A DNA stretch of 64,000 nucleotides from an uncultured bacterium (GTDB taxonomy: Bacteria; Babelota; Babeliae; Babelales; Babelaceae): contig CAVRKK010000002.1 of assembly GCA_963722385.1 (NCBI GenBank), forward strand, positions 1,152,001-1,216,000, in the 5' to 3' direction. Both the position numbers and the translations under genes were made by a program. The notes below the pieces were generated by a model that worked only from the letters and a program-made list of their open reading frames with translations, made no database searches and was not told the DNA's origin. Below are positions 9,549 to 19,840 of this stretch, one piece after another; positions within the stretch are counted from its first letter, which is position 1; each line of letters begins with the position of its first letter.

Positions 9549-12500
9549 ATGATTAAGTATATGAAACTGATAGCATTAATAGGCTGTTTTTTGATTATGC
9601 CTGCTTATGGAATGGAACGACCGAGAAGAAATAAGCTTTTTGAGTATTTAGAAAAGGGTGATGTAAAAAGTTTAAACACTTTTCTGAGCTATAAAAAATT
9701 GACAGATAGGCTTAATTTAAGCGTATCTGATAGTGCTGGCTGGCAACCAATCCACCATGCTATAAAGAGTGGCGATAGGGAAAAAATAAAGCTTCTTATC
9801 GAATATGGTGCAGATGTAAATGCGCAAATAAAAGATAGCCAGGGGGAGCGACCGTTGCACATAGCAGCTCGAGCTGGGAATGAAGAGATTATTCTCGATC
9901 TCGTAGCAGCAGGAGCTCAACCAGATTTGGCTGACAATAATGGAATATTGCCTATTTACTATGCTGGAAATATATTGCCTTTATTTGTTGATTCTCCAGG
10001 TAATTCAGTAAATATGCATTGTGCTATGGGGCATGAGTCATCAGAGGTAAATAGATTTATAAACTTGAGTAAGCACGTGAGCACTTTATCGATAAGTGAT
10101 CAGTTTCTATTGTTGAGTCCGGCAAAGAAGAATGAAAGACCAGAAAACGCTGATAAGCAGATAAAAAGAGAAACAGCAGCAGGCAAGCTTTCTAGTGAAG
10201 AATGCAATCAAAGGCTTCTTAATGCCCTTTTACGTGGTGACCTTGAAGAAGCGCAATTATTTTATGCGGAAGGAGCCAACGTAAATTTCCGAGATGCTGT
10301 TGGTAATCAGCCTGTACATCATATAGTAAATCAAGGTTTAATGCCGACTCTTGAATGGCTTCTTATGCATGGCGCAGACATAAATGCAAGAGACAGAGAT
10401 GGTAACAGACCGGTACGTATAGCGGCTCTTAGAGGGCATGTTCAAGTTGTACCATGGCTCATTAAGCAGGGAGCCAATCGTAATGATCAAGAAGATCAAA
10501 AGCAAAAGGTTGAGAAAGAAACAAGTCAGCATTTCTTTTCTGAGAATAATGTTTGTTCGTCATTGATCTCGGAAAATGAGGTAGAGAAGCAAAAAGAAAA
10601 GGAAAGAGAGGAATCTTCTAATCAGCCTACTCAGGAAGAACTTAATAATAGGTTATTGAGCGCGGCTCAAGCTGGCCGTTTATCTGAGGCAAAGAGTTTA
10701 GTTAATCAAGGTGCTCATGTTAATGCCCAAGATAATCGAGGCTGGCAGCCTCTACGCCTCGCTGCTCAATTTGGGCATTTAGAAGTAGTTAAATATCTTG
10801 TTGAACATGAAGCTTCCATCAATGCTCAAGATAATGATGGCAGACAACCTCTTCATTGGTCTGTTTTTAATGGGCATTTAGAAGTAGTAAAATGGCTTGT
10901 TGAGCATAACGCTGGTATCAATGCCCAAGATAATTCTGGCAAGCTTCCTCTCCATTACGCTGCCGGAAGAGGGCATTTAGAAGTAGTAAAATGGCTTGTT
11001 GAGCATGGTGCTGGTATCAATGCCCAAGATAATTCTGGCAGGCTTCCTCTCCATTCAGCTGCTCTCAATGGGCATTTAGAAGTGGTCAAATGTCTCGTGG
11101 AGCATGGTGCTCATGTTAATGCTGTAAATAGATTTAATCAAAGACCTATTGATGTAGCTGCTCAGAATAATAAGCAGAATATCGTTGATTGGCTTTCTAA
11201 AGTAGCTGAGAAAAAGGAGGCTAAAGAAAAAGAGCCTGAGAATGAAAGGGGGAATCATTCTCATCAGACTAGCCAGGAAGAACTTAACACGAGGTTATTG
11301 AGTGCTGCTCAAGCTGGCCGTTTGCCTGAGGTAGAACGTTTAATTAATCAAGGTGCTCATATTAATGCCCAAAGCCGTTTGGGCAGGCAGCCTCTCCATT
11401 CTGCTGTTTTTGGTGGGCATTTAGAAGTAGTCAAATGGCTTGTTGAACATGGCGCTTCCATCAATGCCCAAGATAAGCATGGATGGCGGCCTTTACATCT
11501 TGCTGCTCAAGAAGGGCATTTAGAAGTAGTAAAATGGCTAGTTGAACATGGTGCTACTATCAATACCCAAGGTAAGGACGGTAGGCAGCCTCTCCATTTT
11601 GCTGTTCTCCGCGGGCATTTAGAAGTAATCAAGTGGCTAGTTGATCATGGTGTTCCCATCGATGCGCAAGATAATGGTGGCTGGCAACCTCTTCATGTAG
11701 CTGCTAACCGCGGGCATTTAAAAGTAGTCAAATGGCTAGTTGATCAAAGCGCTGCCATCAATGCCCAAGATAAGCATGGATGGCAGCCTCTTCATGATGC
11801 TGCTTGTGGAGGGCATTTAGAAGTAGTAAAATGGCTAGTTAAACATGGTGCTACTATCAATACCCAAGGTAAGGACGGTAGGCAGCCTCTCAATTTTGCT
11901 GTTCTCCGCGGGCATTTAGAAGTAATCAAGTGGCTAGTTGATCATGGTGTTCCCATCGATGCGCAAGATAATGGTGGCTGGCAACCTCTCCATTCTGCTG
12001 CTTTTATAGGGCATTTAGAAGTAGTCAAATGGCTTGTTGAACGTGGCGCTTCCATCAATGCCCAAGATAAGCATGGATGGCAGCCTTTACATCTTGCTGC
12101 TCAAGAAGGGCATTTAGAAGTAGTTCAATGGCTTGTTGAACACGGTGCTTCCATCAATGCCCAAAATAATGGTGGCTGGCAACCTCTTCATGATGCTGCT
12201 TGTGGAGGGCATTTAGAAGTAGTCAAATGGTTGGTGGAGCATGGTGCTGATATTAATGCTGTAGATAGATTTGGTCTAAGACCTATTGATTTAGCTGCTG
12301 AGAGTAATAAGCAGAACATTGTTGATTGGCTTTCTAACGCTGCGAACAAAGGAGAGAGTAAAGAAAAATTGCCTGAGAAAGAAAAGGAGAGAGAAAGCTC
12401 TCCTACTCAGGAAGAGCTTAACAATAGGTTATTAAGTGCTGCTTACGCTGGCCGTTTATATGAAGTAGAGAGTTTAATTAATCAAGGAGCTAATACTAAT

Positions 12501-13655
12501 GCTCAAGATAATAATGGTATGCAGCCTCTCCATCGTGCTGTTTTTGGTGGACATTTAGAAGTAGTTAAATGGCTTGTTGAGCATGGTGCTTCCATCAATG
12601 TCCAAGGTATTTATGGCAGGCAGCTTCTCCATAGGGCTGCTTGGGGAGGGACTTTAGAAGTAGTCAAATGGTTAGTGGAGCATGGTGCTCCTATCAATAT
12701 CCAAGATAATAATGGTATGCAGCCTCTACATTGGGCTGCTTATGATGGGCATTTAGAAGTAGTTCAATGGCTTGTTGACCATGGTGCTTCCATCAATGCC
12801 CAAAATAAGACTGGCTGGCAACCTCTCCATTGGGCTGCTTATGATGGGCATTTAGAAGTAGTTAAATGGCTTGTTGAGCATGGTGCCGATATTAATGCTG
12901 TAGATAGATTTGGTCTAAGACCTATTGATGTAGCTGCTCAAAAGAATAAGCAGAATATTGTTGATTGGCTCTCTAAGGCTGCCGAGAAAGGAAAGAGCAA
13001 AGAAAAAGAGCCTGGGAAGCAAAAAGAGAAAGAAAAGAAAAATCATCCAAATCAGCCTACTCAAGAAGAGCTTAACAAGAGGTTACTCAATGCTGCTGCA
13101 GCTGGTCATTTATCTGAGATAGAGAGTTTAATTAATCAAGGGGCTCATGTTAATGCTCAAGGTAATGATGGCATGCAGCCTCTCCATTTGGCTGCTTTGG
13201 GAGGGCATTTAGAAGTAGTTAAATGGCTTGTTGAGCATGGTGCTTCCATCAATGTCCAAGGTATTTATGGCAGGCAGCTTCTCCATAGGGCTGCTTGGGG
13301 AGGGACTTTAGAAGTAGTCAAATGGTTAGTGGAGCATGGTGCTCCTATCAATATCCAAGATAATAATGGTATGCAGCCTCTACATTGGGCTGCTTATGAT
13401 GGGCATTTAGAAGTAGTTCAATGGCTTGTTGACCATGGTGCTTCCATCAATGCCCAAAATAAGACTGGCTGGCAACCTCTCCATTGGGCTGCTTATGATG
13501 GGCATTTAGAAGTAGTTAAATGGCTTGTTGAGCATGGTGCCGATATTAATGCTGTAGATAGATTTGGTCTAAGACCTATTGATGTAGTTGCTCAAAAGAA
13601 TAAGCAGAATATTGTTGATTGGCTCTCTAACATGATGGTTGAAAAGACCTCGTAA
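9549..13655 (+). CDS. Secreted modular ankyrin-repeat protein (1368 aa)
   Basis: Signal peptide; more than 25 33-aa repeats G.QPLH.A...GHLEVVKWLVEHGA.INAQD; GGAGG RBS at 9534-9538. Confidence 0.96.
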   Translation: MIKYMKLIALIGCFLIMPAYGMERPRRNKLFEYLEKGDVKSLNTFLSYKKLTDRLNLSVSDSAGWQPIHHAIKSGDREKIKLLIEYGADVNAQIKDSQGERPLHIAARAGNEEIILDLVAAGAQPDLADNNGILPIYYAGNILPLFVDSPGNSVNMHCAMGHESSEVNRFINLSKHVSTLSISDQFLLLSPAKKNERPENADKQIKRETAAGKLSSEECNQRLLNALLRGDLEEAQLFYAEGANVNFRDAVGNQPVHHIVNQGLMPTLEWLLMHGADINARDRDGNRPVRIAALRGHVQVVPWLIKQGANRNDQEDQKQKVEKETSQHFFSENNVCSSLISENEVEKQKEKEREESSNQPTQEELNNRLLSAAQAGRLSEAKSLVNQGAHVNAQDNRGWQPLRLAAQFGHLEVVKYLVEHEASINAQDNDGRQPLHWSVFNGHLEVVKWLVEHNAGINAQDNSGKLPLHYAAGRGHLEVVKWLVEHGAGINAQDNSGRLPLHSAALNGHLEVVKCLVEHGAHVNAVNRFNQRPIDVAAQNNKQNIVDWLSKVAEKKEAKEKEPENERGNHSHQTSQEELNTRLLSAAQAGRLPEVERLINQGAHINAQSRLGRQPLHSAVFGGHLEVVKWLVEHGASINAQDKHGWRPLHLAAQEGHLEVVKWLVEHGATINTQGKDGRQPLHFAVLRGHLEVIKWLVDHGVPIDAQDNGGWQPLHVAANRGHLKVVKWLVDQSAAINAQDKHGWQPLHDAACGGHLEVVKWLVKHGATINTQGKDGRQPLNFAVLRGHLEVIKWLVDHGVPIDAQDNGGWQPLHSAAFIGHLEVVKWLVERGASINAQDKHGWQPLHLAAQEGHLEVVQWLVEHGASINAQNNGGWQPLHDAACGGHLEVVKWLVEHGADINAVDRFGLRPIDLAAESNKQNIVDWLSNAANKGESKEKLPEKEKERESSPTQEELNNRLLSAAYAGRLYEVESLINQGANTNAQDNNGMQPLHRAVFGGHLEVVKWLVEHGASINVQGIYGRQLLHRAAWGGTLEVVKWLVEHGAPINIQDNNGMQPLHWAAYDGHLEVVQWLVDHGASINAQNKTGWQPLHWAAYDGHLEVVKWLVEHGADINAVDRFGLRPIDVAAQKNKQNIVDWLSKAAEKGKSKEKEPGKQKEKEKKNHPNQPTQEELNKRLLNAAAAGHLSEIESLINQGAHVNAQGNDGMQPLHLAALGGHLEVVKWLVEHGASINVQGIYGRQLLHRAAWGGTLEVVKWLVEHGAPINIQDNNGMQPLHWAAYDGHLEVVQWLVDHGASINAQNKTGWQPLHWAAYDGHLEVVKWLVEHGADINAVDRFGLRPIDVVAQKNKQNIVDWLSNMMVEKTS
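12552..13630 (+). repeat. Near-perfect 425-bp intragenic duplication (12552-12976 = 13206-13630)
   Basis: Offset 654 bp (218 codons); one C/T difference seen by eye. Confidence 0.9.
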
Positions 13656-13743
13656 ATTGGGGCATCCCCTAATGTAGCTTGTGCTTAACGAACGATTGTT
13701 TTAGCTCAAGAAAAGATTCCCCGAAATAAGTGTGAAATACCAT

Positions 13744-15546
13744 TTATTCCTGGGGGAATATGCCAATAATTTTATTGTAATCGAGCCAGAGCGGAAAGGC
13801 AGTGTTACTTGAATAAACATTTTTGCCCAGTGGCTGGTTATTGTCGCACCCAATATAAACTGCAGTGGTAAAAGAAGGTGTCGAGCCCGCAAACCAGCAG
13901 GTCCTCGCTTGATTGGTGGTTCCCGTTTTTCCAAAGAAGGGAACATCGGGCCAGCGCTGCGCATGCTTTTGCTTAAACCGGTCAAGGCTTGGAGAAAGGA
14001 TTTGAGTAATCTTGCTTGCCGTTTGCTCGCTTAAAATGGTCTTATGTACATCCTTATGCTTTGCTATTTTTTTACCCCAGGCATCTTTTACCCATTCAAT
14101 GAGGTAAGGCTGGTGATATATTCCTTTATGGGCAAACATGGTATACATCGCTACCGTGTTAAGTGGTGTGGTATCTATACACCCGAGTGCGAGGGAAGGA
14201 TAAGGCTCGATTGCCATCGCTAAATTGAGCTTTTTAGCATAATCAATAATTTTATCGATTCCTGCATGGAGAAGTACTTTAATGGCAATGGTGTTCTTTG
14301 ACGTAGCAAGCGCATGAGCTAACGTCATGGGCCCTTCAAATTTTTTATTGAAATTGTGAGGGTTCCAAACTTGATGGTGATCAGTAATCGTGACTGGCTC
14401 ATCAAGAGCGATGGTATCTAAATCAAGGCCACATTCTTGCAAAGCGATAGCATATATCAATGGCTTAAATACCGAGCCCATTTGTCGTTGTGCCTGGACA
14501 GCACGATTAAATTGTGACACCGTAAAATCGTAACCACCGACGAGCGCCTTAATAGCGCCATCTTTAACCGCAAGCGTGACAAGCGCGCCATCAGTGTCTG
14601 CCGGCAGCTTAGTGCGGAGCCCGCGTAGGTGCTTTTTAAAAGTATGTTCTGCTGCTTGTTGCATCGAAATATTTAAGGTCGTCTGGATAGTCAGGCCTCC
14701 TGTGTAGAGCTCCTTTCTACCCACCATGCTCTCCACAAGGGAGCGTATATATTCTCGGGCATGGCTTGCAAGCGGCTGTTCATCGACATGGAGCTTAACC
14801 GTGACTTGCTTTTGCAAAAGTTGCTGGTAATCATCGTCGGCGAGTAGTCCTGATGAGCGCATGAGCTTTAAGATGTGGTTGCGGCGAGTTTGCGTTTTGT
14901 GAGGGTTGATAAGTGGGCAATAGCGAGCGGGTGAGGCAATGATGGCTGCCAGTGTTGCTGACTCGTCAATGGTGAGGGTGCCAACGTCTTTGTTCCAAAA
15001 ACGTTGGCTGGCTGATTGAACACCGTAAATGCCACAACCAAAGTAGAGGTGGTTTAAGTAGGTTTCAAGAATGAGTTCTTTGGTAAATTGCCGCTCGACG
15101 GCTAATGACAAGAGCTGCTCTTTTATTTTGCGGTGGAATGTTTTGCGCTGATCGAAAAAGAGTAATCGTACGAGTTGCTGGGTAATAGTGCTAGCGCCCT
15201 GGACGCGGCCTTGACGCGCTAGATTTACCATAATGGAGCGTGCTATACCCTGCAAAGAGAGGCCACCGTGTGAGAAGAAATGACGGTCTTCGGCAAGGAG
15301 AAAAGCGTCGATAAGGTGCTTGGGCATGTCGCTTAATGAAACAGGCACGCGGCGGTCTATTTGAAACCGGCCCCATTCATTCCCCTGATCATCAAGAATG
15401 ATCGATGGCTTGCCTGGGTCATAGTGCTCCAAGACCGATAGGTCAACCCAGGGAACATGGGTGAGGTAAAAGAGCATACCAGAAGTGTACGTGCCTATCA
15501 GTGCTAAAAATATAAGCGCGTTTGTTACAAGTTTCATAATAACCAT
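13744..15546 (-). CDS. Class A penicillin-binding protein (PBP1A family)
   Basis: Transglycosylase EDRHF..H.G, GASTITQQL, RKIKE; transpeptidase SVFK, SKN, KTG. Confidence 0.95.
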   Translation of the reverse strand: MVIMKLVTNALIFLALIGTYTSGMLFYLTHVPWVDLSVLEHYDPGKPSIILDDQGNEWGRFQIDRRVPVSLSDMPKHLIDAFLLAEDRHFFSHGGLSLQGIARSIMVNLARQGRVQGASTITQQLVRLLFFDQRKTFHRKIKEQLLSLAVERQFTKELILETYLNHLYFGCGIYGVQSASQRFWNKDVGTLTIDESATLAAIIASPARYCPLINPHKTQTRRNHILKLMRSSGLLADDDYQQLLQKQVTVKLHVDEQPLASHAREYIRSLVESMVGRKELYTGGLTIQTTLNISMQQAAEHTFKKHLRGLRTKLPADTDGALVTLAVKDGAIKALVGGYDFTVSQFNRAVQAQRQMGSVFKPLIYAIALQECGLDLDTIALDEPVTITDHHQVWNPHNFNKKFEGPMTLAHALATSKNTIAIKVLLHAGIDKIIDYAKKLNLAMAIEPYPSLALGCIDTTPLNTVAMYTMFAHKGIYHQPYLIEWVKDAWGKKIAKHKDVHKTILSEQTASKITQILSPSLDRFKQKHAQRWPDVPFFGKTGTTNQARTCWFAGSTPSFTTAVYIGCDNNQPLGKNVYSSNTAFPLWLDYNKIIGIFPQE

Positions 15547-15751
15547 GCTAATATTATAATATCTTAAGTTAATTATAGCCACGCACTGCAATCGAAAAGC
15601 CATTAATCGCTTACTCTTTTGGCTGGTTTCTAAAATTTGGTTTTCAAAGCTTTCATGAAGGCCAAACCCATTTGGCTACATTAGCAATAAAAAAGATTTT
15701 ATGATACACTAATAACCATCTGTATTGGCAAATATCAAGAGGCAAAGAATT

Positions 15752-17092
15752 ATGTTTGATTTTCTATCAAGCAAATTTTCTTCTATTTTTTCTGCATTGC
15801 GTGGTTCAGGTCGGCTGACCGAAGAAGCTGTTCAGGGGGCGCTTGGGCAGGTGCATGACGCGCTGCTTCAGGCTGATGTGCCCTATGACGTAGTCCAGAG
15901 CTTTGTGGCAGAAGTAAAGTCGGGGGTAACCGGAAAAAAGCTGATCGGGTCGCTCAAGGCTGACGAGCAGCTCATGAAGATTGTCCATGATAAGCTTTTG
16001 CAATTTCTCGGTGGAAGCGCATCAAGCGAGACCGTTGTTGCTTTTGATATACCATCGGTGATACTTGTTATGGGTCTTCAGGGGTCGGGTAAGACGACGA
16101 CGGTTGCCAAATTGGGCCATTATATCAAAGATGCGGCAGCAAAGCGGCATAAGAACCGGAAGATACTCTGTGCTTCGGTTGATTTTTATCGTCCGGCGGC
16201 GATCGACCAGTTGCAGGTAATGGCTGAGCGGGCAGGTATCGATTTTTATCGAGCTACTGCTGAAACACCTGTCAAGGCTGCTCAAGAAATTATAATTTTT
16301 AGCGCTAAAAATCAGTACGAAATTCTTTTGCTTGATACAGCTGGCAGACTTCACGTAGATCAGGAGATGCTGAGTGAGCTCAAGCAGATTGAAAGTTTGG
16401 TAAAGCCAAAATATAAATTTTTAGTTTTGGACGCGATGACCGGCCAGGAGTCGCTGGCGGTAGCGCGTGCATTTGATGCCTCGGTCGGGTTTTCGAGCGC
16501 AATTTTGACCAAGATGGACAGCGAGGCACGTGCCGGTGCGGCTTTTGCGTTTCGCTATGCTCTCAAGAAACCCATTACGTTTGTTGGGGTCGGGGAAAAG
16601 ATAGGAGACCTTGAGCTCTTTAAGCCCGAGCGCATGGCAAGCAGAATACTTGATATGGGTGATATTCTAACACTTGTCGAAAAGGCGAATGCAAAAATAG
16701 GTGAGGATGAGCAGAAAAAGTTATCAAATGCTTTTGAGCACGGTAAGCTTACCCTCGAGGATTTTGCTTATCAGCTTGATATGATGTCCAAGCTTGGCTC
16801 GCTCTCGTCGCTCATGAAATACTTGCCTGGAGTTGGCTCGCTTTCGTTATCATCGGACACCCTTGCCCAAGGTGAACGTGACATGAAGAAATATAGAGCT
16901 ATTATTGGATCGATGACGCCTAAAGAGCGCCGCAATCCCCAATTGCTGAGCATATCAAGGAAGGGACGTATCGCGCAAGGAGCGGGCGTTAAAGTTGCTG
17001 ATATAGATGGTTTATTAACGAAGTTTGAACAAAGTCAGCAATTTGTTAAGCTTTTTAAGAAGATGGGTCGTACTAACTTTTTTTCTCGATGA
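15752..17092 (+). CDS. ffh: Signal recognition particle protein
   Basis: GLQGSGKTT, DTAGR, TKMD, Met-rich M domain. Confidence 0.97.
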   Translation: MFDFLSSKFSSIFSALRGSGRLTEEAVQGALGQVHDALLQADVPYDVVQSFVAEVKSGVTGKKLIGSLKADEQLMKIVHDKLLQFLGGSASSETVVAFDIPSVILVMGLQGSGKTTTVAKLGHYIKDAAAKRHKNRKILCASVDFYRPAAIDQLQVMAERAGIDFYRATAETPVKAAQEIIIFSAKNQYEILLLDTAGRLHVDQEMLSELKQIESLVKPKYKFLVLDAMTGQESLAVARAFDASVGFSSAILTKMDSEARAGAAFAFRYALKKPITFVGVGEKIGDLELFKPERMASRILDMGDILTLVEKANAKIGEDEQKKLSNAFEHGKLTLEDFAYQLDMMSKLGSLSSLMKYLPGVGSLSLSSDTLAQGERDMKKYRAIIGSMTPKERRNPQLLSISRKGRIAQGAGVKVADIDGLLTKFEQSQQFVKLFKKMGRTNFFSR

Positions 17093-17113
17093 TGCATATA
17101 AAAGGAATATTGA

Positions 17114-17368
17114 ATGGCGGTAAAAATTAGATTATCTCGTATTGGAACTAAGAACGCTCCTGTGTTCCGTATCGTAGCTATTGACGAGCGTGCTAAGAGA
17201 GATGGCGAGGCGCTTGAGATTTTGGGCACGTATAACCCTTTATCAGGCTCTTTGGTCAACCTTCATGCAGATCGTATGCAAACGTGGGTAGCGCAAGGTG
17301 CTATTGTGACTGATGCGGTCAAAAGAATTCATAAGCTCTATCGTAAGCAACAGGCTCATCAAGGGTAG
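17114..17368 (+). CDS. rpsP: 30S ribosomal protein S16
   Basis: MAVKIRLSRIG...RDG..LEILGTYNP. Confidence 0.97.
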   Translation: MAVKIRLSRIGTKNAPVFRIVAIDERAKRDGEALEILGTYNPLSGSLVNLHADRMQTWVAQGAIVTDAVKRIHKLYRKQQAHQG

Positions 17369-17376
17369 TGCTCGTT

Positions 17377-17610
17377 ATGCTGATGCAACTTATTAGTTCA
17401 ATTGTTAAAAAATTGGTAGATAAACCAGATGCTGTCACGGTACAGGAAGTCGAATCTGACGGTAAAGCGGTGGTGCACATACAGGTTGCTCCCTCAGATA
17501 TGAGTCGTGTTATTGGCAGTGAAGGAAAAACATTTAGAGCTTTGCGAACGCTCGTGCAGATTATGTCCCGCGGGCAACCGAAAGATCTTGTTGTTGATAG
17601 CGGCGAATGA
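17377..17610 (+). CDS. khpA: KH-domain RNA-binding protein (KhpA/YlqC)
   Basis: LVDKPDAV...DMSRVIGSEGKT..ALRT; position after rpsP. Confidence 0.88.
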   Translation: MLMQLISSIVKKLVDKPDAVTVQEVESDGKAVVHIQVAPSDMSRVIGSEGKTFRALRTLVQIMSRGQPKDLVVDSGE

Positions 17611-18947
17611 ATATCTCTATTCTAACCTTGTTTCCTGACCTTTATACGTCGTTTTTGGAGACAAGCCTGATAGGGCGCGCCCGTCAGCAAGGCAACCTGC
17701 ACTGTAATGTGTCGAGCTTATTTACCTACAGTTTGCCTAAAGAGCGCATAGACGCGCCTACTTTTGGCCATGGTAGTGGTATGCTTATTCGCCCTGACGT
17801 AATTGAGCGCGCCATTGATGCCCATGAAACAGCACAGGGGCCCGCTTATAAAATATTTTTTTCACCTCAGGGGCAATTGCTTGACCAGGACGTGCTCAAG
17901 GACTTATACGCGCAGGTCATAAGCCGCGGTGGGCATCTTATGCTGCTACCGGCGCGCTATGAAGGGATGGATGCCCGTGTTGAGGATTATTATGCGGATA
18001 AGCTTATTTCGTTGGGAGATTTTGTGCTGATGGGAGGCGACTTGCCAGCGATGGTGCTTATTGAGGGTCTGGTTCGCTTGATCCCTGGTGTCGTGGGAAA
18101 GCAAGAATCGATTGAGCGCGAGTCGTTCTCGGGAGCATTTGTTGATTACCCCGAATATACGACGCCCGTAGTATGGAAGGGTATGGCAGTACCTGACGTT
18201 GTTCGCTCGGGTAATCATAAGGAGTTGCAATCGTGGAGGGAACGCCAGGCCGCGACCAAAAGCGTTTTGAGCCACTTTGAATGGGTCCGGAGCCATGAGC
18301 TCACCGAGGAGCAGGAAAGGCTTGTTGGTCACCTTATCCCGCCCCATTACGCGGTGCTTATGCATACCAACGTCATGGTGCCGGGTATTAACGAAGGGAC
18401 TACTTCGGTGACATCGCTTGATATTCACGATATTGCTCGGTCAGCGCGGACCTTTGGATTAAAGGGCTATTTTGTGGTAACGCCGTTAGCTGATCAGCAG
18501 AAGATTGTTCATAAACTTTTAAGCTTCTGGCGCTCTGACGCTGGCATAGGGTATAATGGGCAGCGCCATGATGCCTTGCAGATCGTAAATACGGCAACAA
18601 GCTTTGATGAGGCGGTCGCTGCGATAGAGGCGCAAGAAGGCGCCGCGCCGCTGATTATAGGGACATCGGCTCGTCAAGCAGAGCATCAGCAGCATGCTCA
18701 ACCGATTACGTATTATGACCAAAAAAGAGTCTGGCATCCTAAACGGCCGGTAATTTTTGTTTTTGGCACGGGGTTGGGACTGGCTCCATCGATGTTGGAA
18801 CGCTGCGACTTTATGCTCCCGCCGATTGGTGGATTTAGCTCGTTTAATCATTTATCAGTGCGTTCAGCAGCGGCCATTGTTTTTGACCGCTGGCTTGGGA
18901 GCAACAAAAAGAAAATTCATTATGTGAAGGGATATCATGAAAGCTAA
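17607..18947 (+). CDS. trmD: tRNA (guanine37-N1)-methyltransferase fused to a second SPOUT-type RNA methyltransferase domain
   Basis: N-terminal TrmD motifs ([32 protein letters not shown]); C-terminal [18 protein letters not shown]...FGTGLGL...[16 protein letters not shown]. Confidence 0.93.
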   Translation: MNISILTLFPDLYTSFLETSLIGRARQQGNLHCNVSSLFTYSLPKERIDAPTFGHGSGMLIRPDVIERAIDAHETAQGPAYKIFFSPQGQLLDQDVLKDLYAQVISRGGHLMLLPARYEGMDARVEDYYADKLISLGDFVLMGGDLPAMVLIEGLVRLIPGVVGKQESIERESFSGAFVDYPEYTTPVVWKGMAVPDVVRSGNHKELQSWRERQAATKSVLSHFEWVRSHELTEEQERLVGHLIPPHYAVLMHTNVMVPGINEGTTSVTSLDIHDIARSARTFGLKGYFVVTPLADQQKIVHKLLSFWRSDAGIGYNGQRHDALQIVNTATSFDEAVAAIEAQEGAAPLIIGTSARQAEHQQHAQPITYYDQKRVWHPKRPVIFVFGTGLGLAPSMLERCDFMLPPIGGFSSFNHLSVRSAAAIVFDRWLGSNKKKIHYVKGYHES

Positions 18948-19317
18948 GAATTATACGAAAGAAACAGTTCGAGAGGCTGGCATTGTTGATCGCGGCTTTG
19001 CGAAATTTGGCGTTGGCGATACCATCGCTATTGACCAAAAGGTTATTGAGGGCGATAAAAGCCGTATCCAAACTTTTGAGGGAGATGTTATAGCGATGCG
19101 CCGTAATGGCGCTTCAACAACCTTTACCGTCCGGCGTATTGGTGCCCATGGCGTTGCTGTAGAGCGCATATTCCCCTATTATTCGCCGCTTGTTGATACT
19201 ATTCGGTTGGTGCGAAAAGGCGAAACTCGTCGGGCCAAGCTCTATTACGTGCGCGGTCGTGTTGGCAAAGCTGCCCGTATCAAGGAAAAAGTTATTACTA
19301 AGGCTCAGGGAGAGTAA
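18937..19317 (+). CDS. rplS: 50S ribosomal protein L19
   Basis: RIQTFEG, TFTVRR, VERIFP, RRAKLYY. Confidence 0.97.
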   Translation: MKAKNYTKETVREAGIVDRGFAKFGVGDTIAIDQKVIEGDKSRIQTFEGDVIAMRRNGASTTFTVRRIGAHGVAVERIFPYYSPLVDTIRLVRKGETRRAKLYYVRGRVGKAARIKEKVITKAQGE

Positions 19318-19318
19318 G

Positions 19319-19840
19319 ATGCTTGCACGCGGCTGGCTTCTTGCCGCGCTTGCGTGCTTGCCTGCGTGTGCACCGCGTCAAAGAACAAGAAGAGTGACGC
19401 TTGGCGAGCAGGTAATGCTTCCTGAAAGAGAGCCTTTTATTGAGCAGCCTAAGGCCGAGCCCATACCAACGAGCGCCGATACAAGTATCGATATTTACGA
19501 AGCGCGGTGGGATGTACCGCTGCCTTTTGATGCTCGTCGCAATCGAGCGAATACGCGTCAAAGCGTTGATGGTACAAGCTGCGTTTTTGTTTTTCAGACG
19601 AGCTTATCGGAAGCTGCGTGCGGTGACTTTTACCACAGTGAAATGGAGCGTTTGGGCTGGCAAGAAGCTGCGGTGTTTTCTTTTACGCCCCATGAGCTGC
19701 TGCTTATGTATGAAAAGCCTGCTCAGCGAGCGGTGGTTTATATTGTGCCTGAGGGAAATTCCTGCCTAACCGTGCGGTTATACGTAGGAATCAAGAACCA
19801 AGGGCACGCTGAGCATGCCCTTGGTGAACAACACTATTAA
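19319..19840 (+). CDS. Hypothetical lipoprotein
   Basis: ATG directly after rplS stop; MLARGWLLAALACLPAC lipobox-like. Confidence 0.65.
   Translation: MLARGWLLAALACLPACAPRQRTRRVTLGEQVMLPEREPFIEQPKAEPIPTSADTSIDIYEARWDVPLPFDARRNRANTRQSVDGTSCVFVFQTSLSEAACGDFYHSEMERLGWQEAAVFSFTPHELLLMYEKPAQRAVVYIVPEGNSCLTVRLYVGIKNQGHAEHALGEQHY

Noticed and set aside
12552..13630. Duplication as a DGR template/variable repeat pair
   Set aside because: The one difference is C/T, not adenine-specific, and no reverse transcriptase is in the window
10620..13655. Regular 99-bp repeats as a CRISPR array
   Set aside because: In-frame ankyrin coding repeats with no unique spacers and no cas genes
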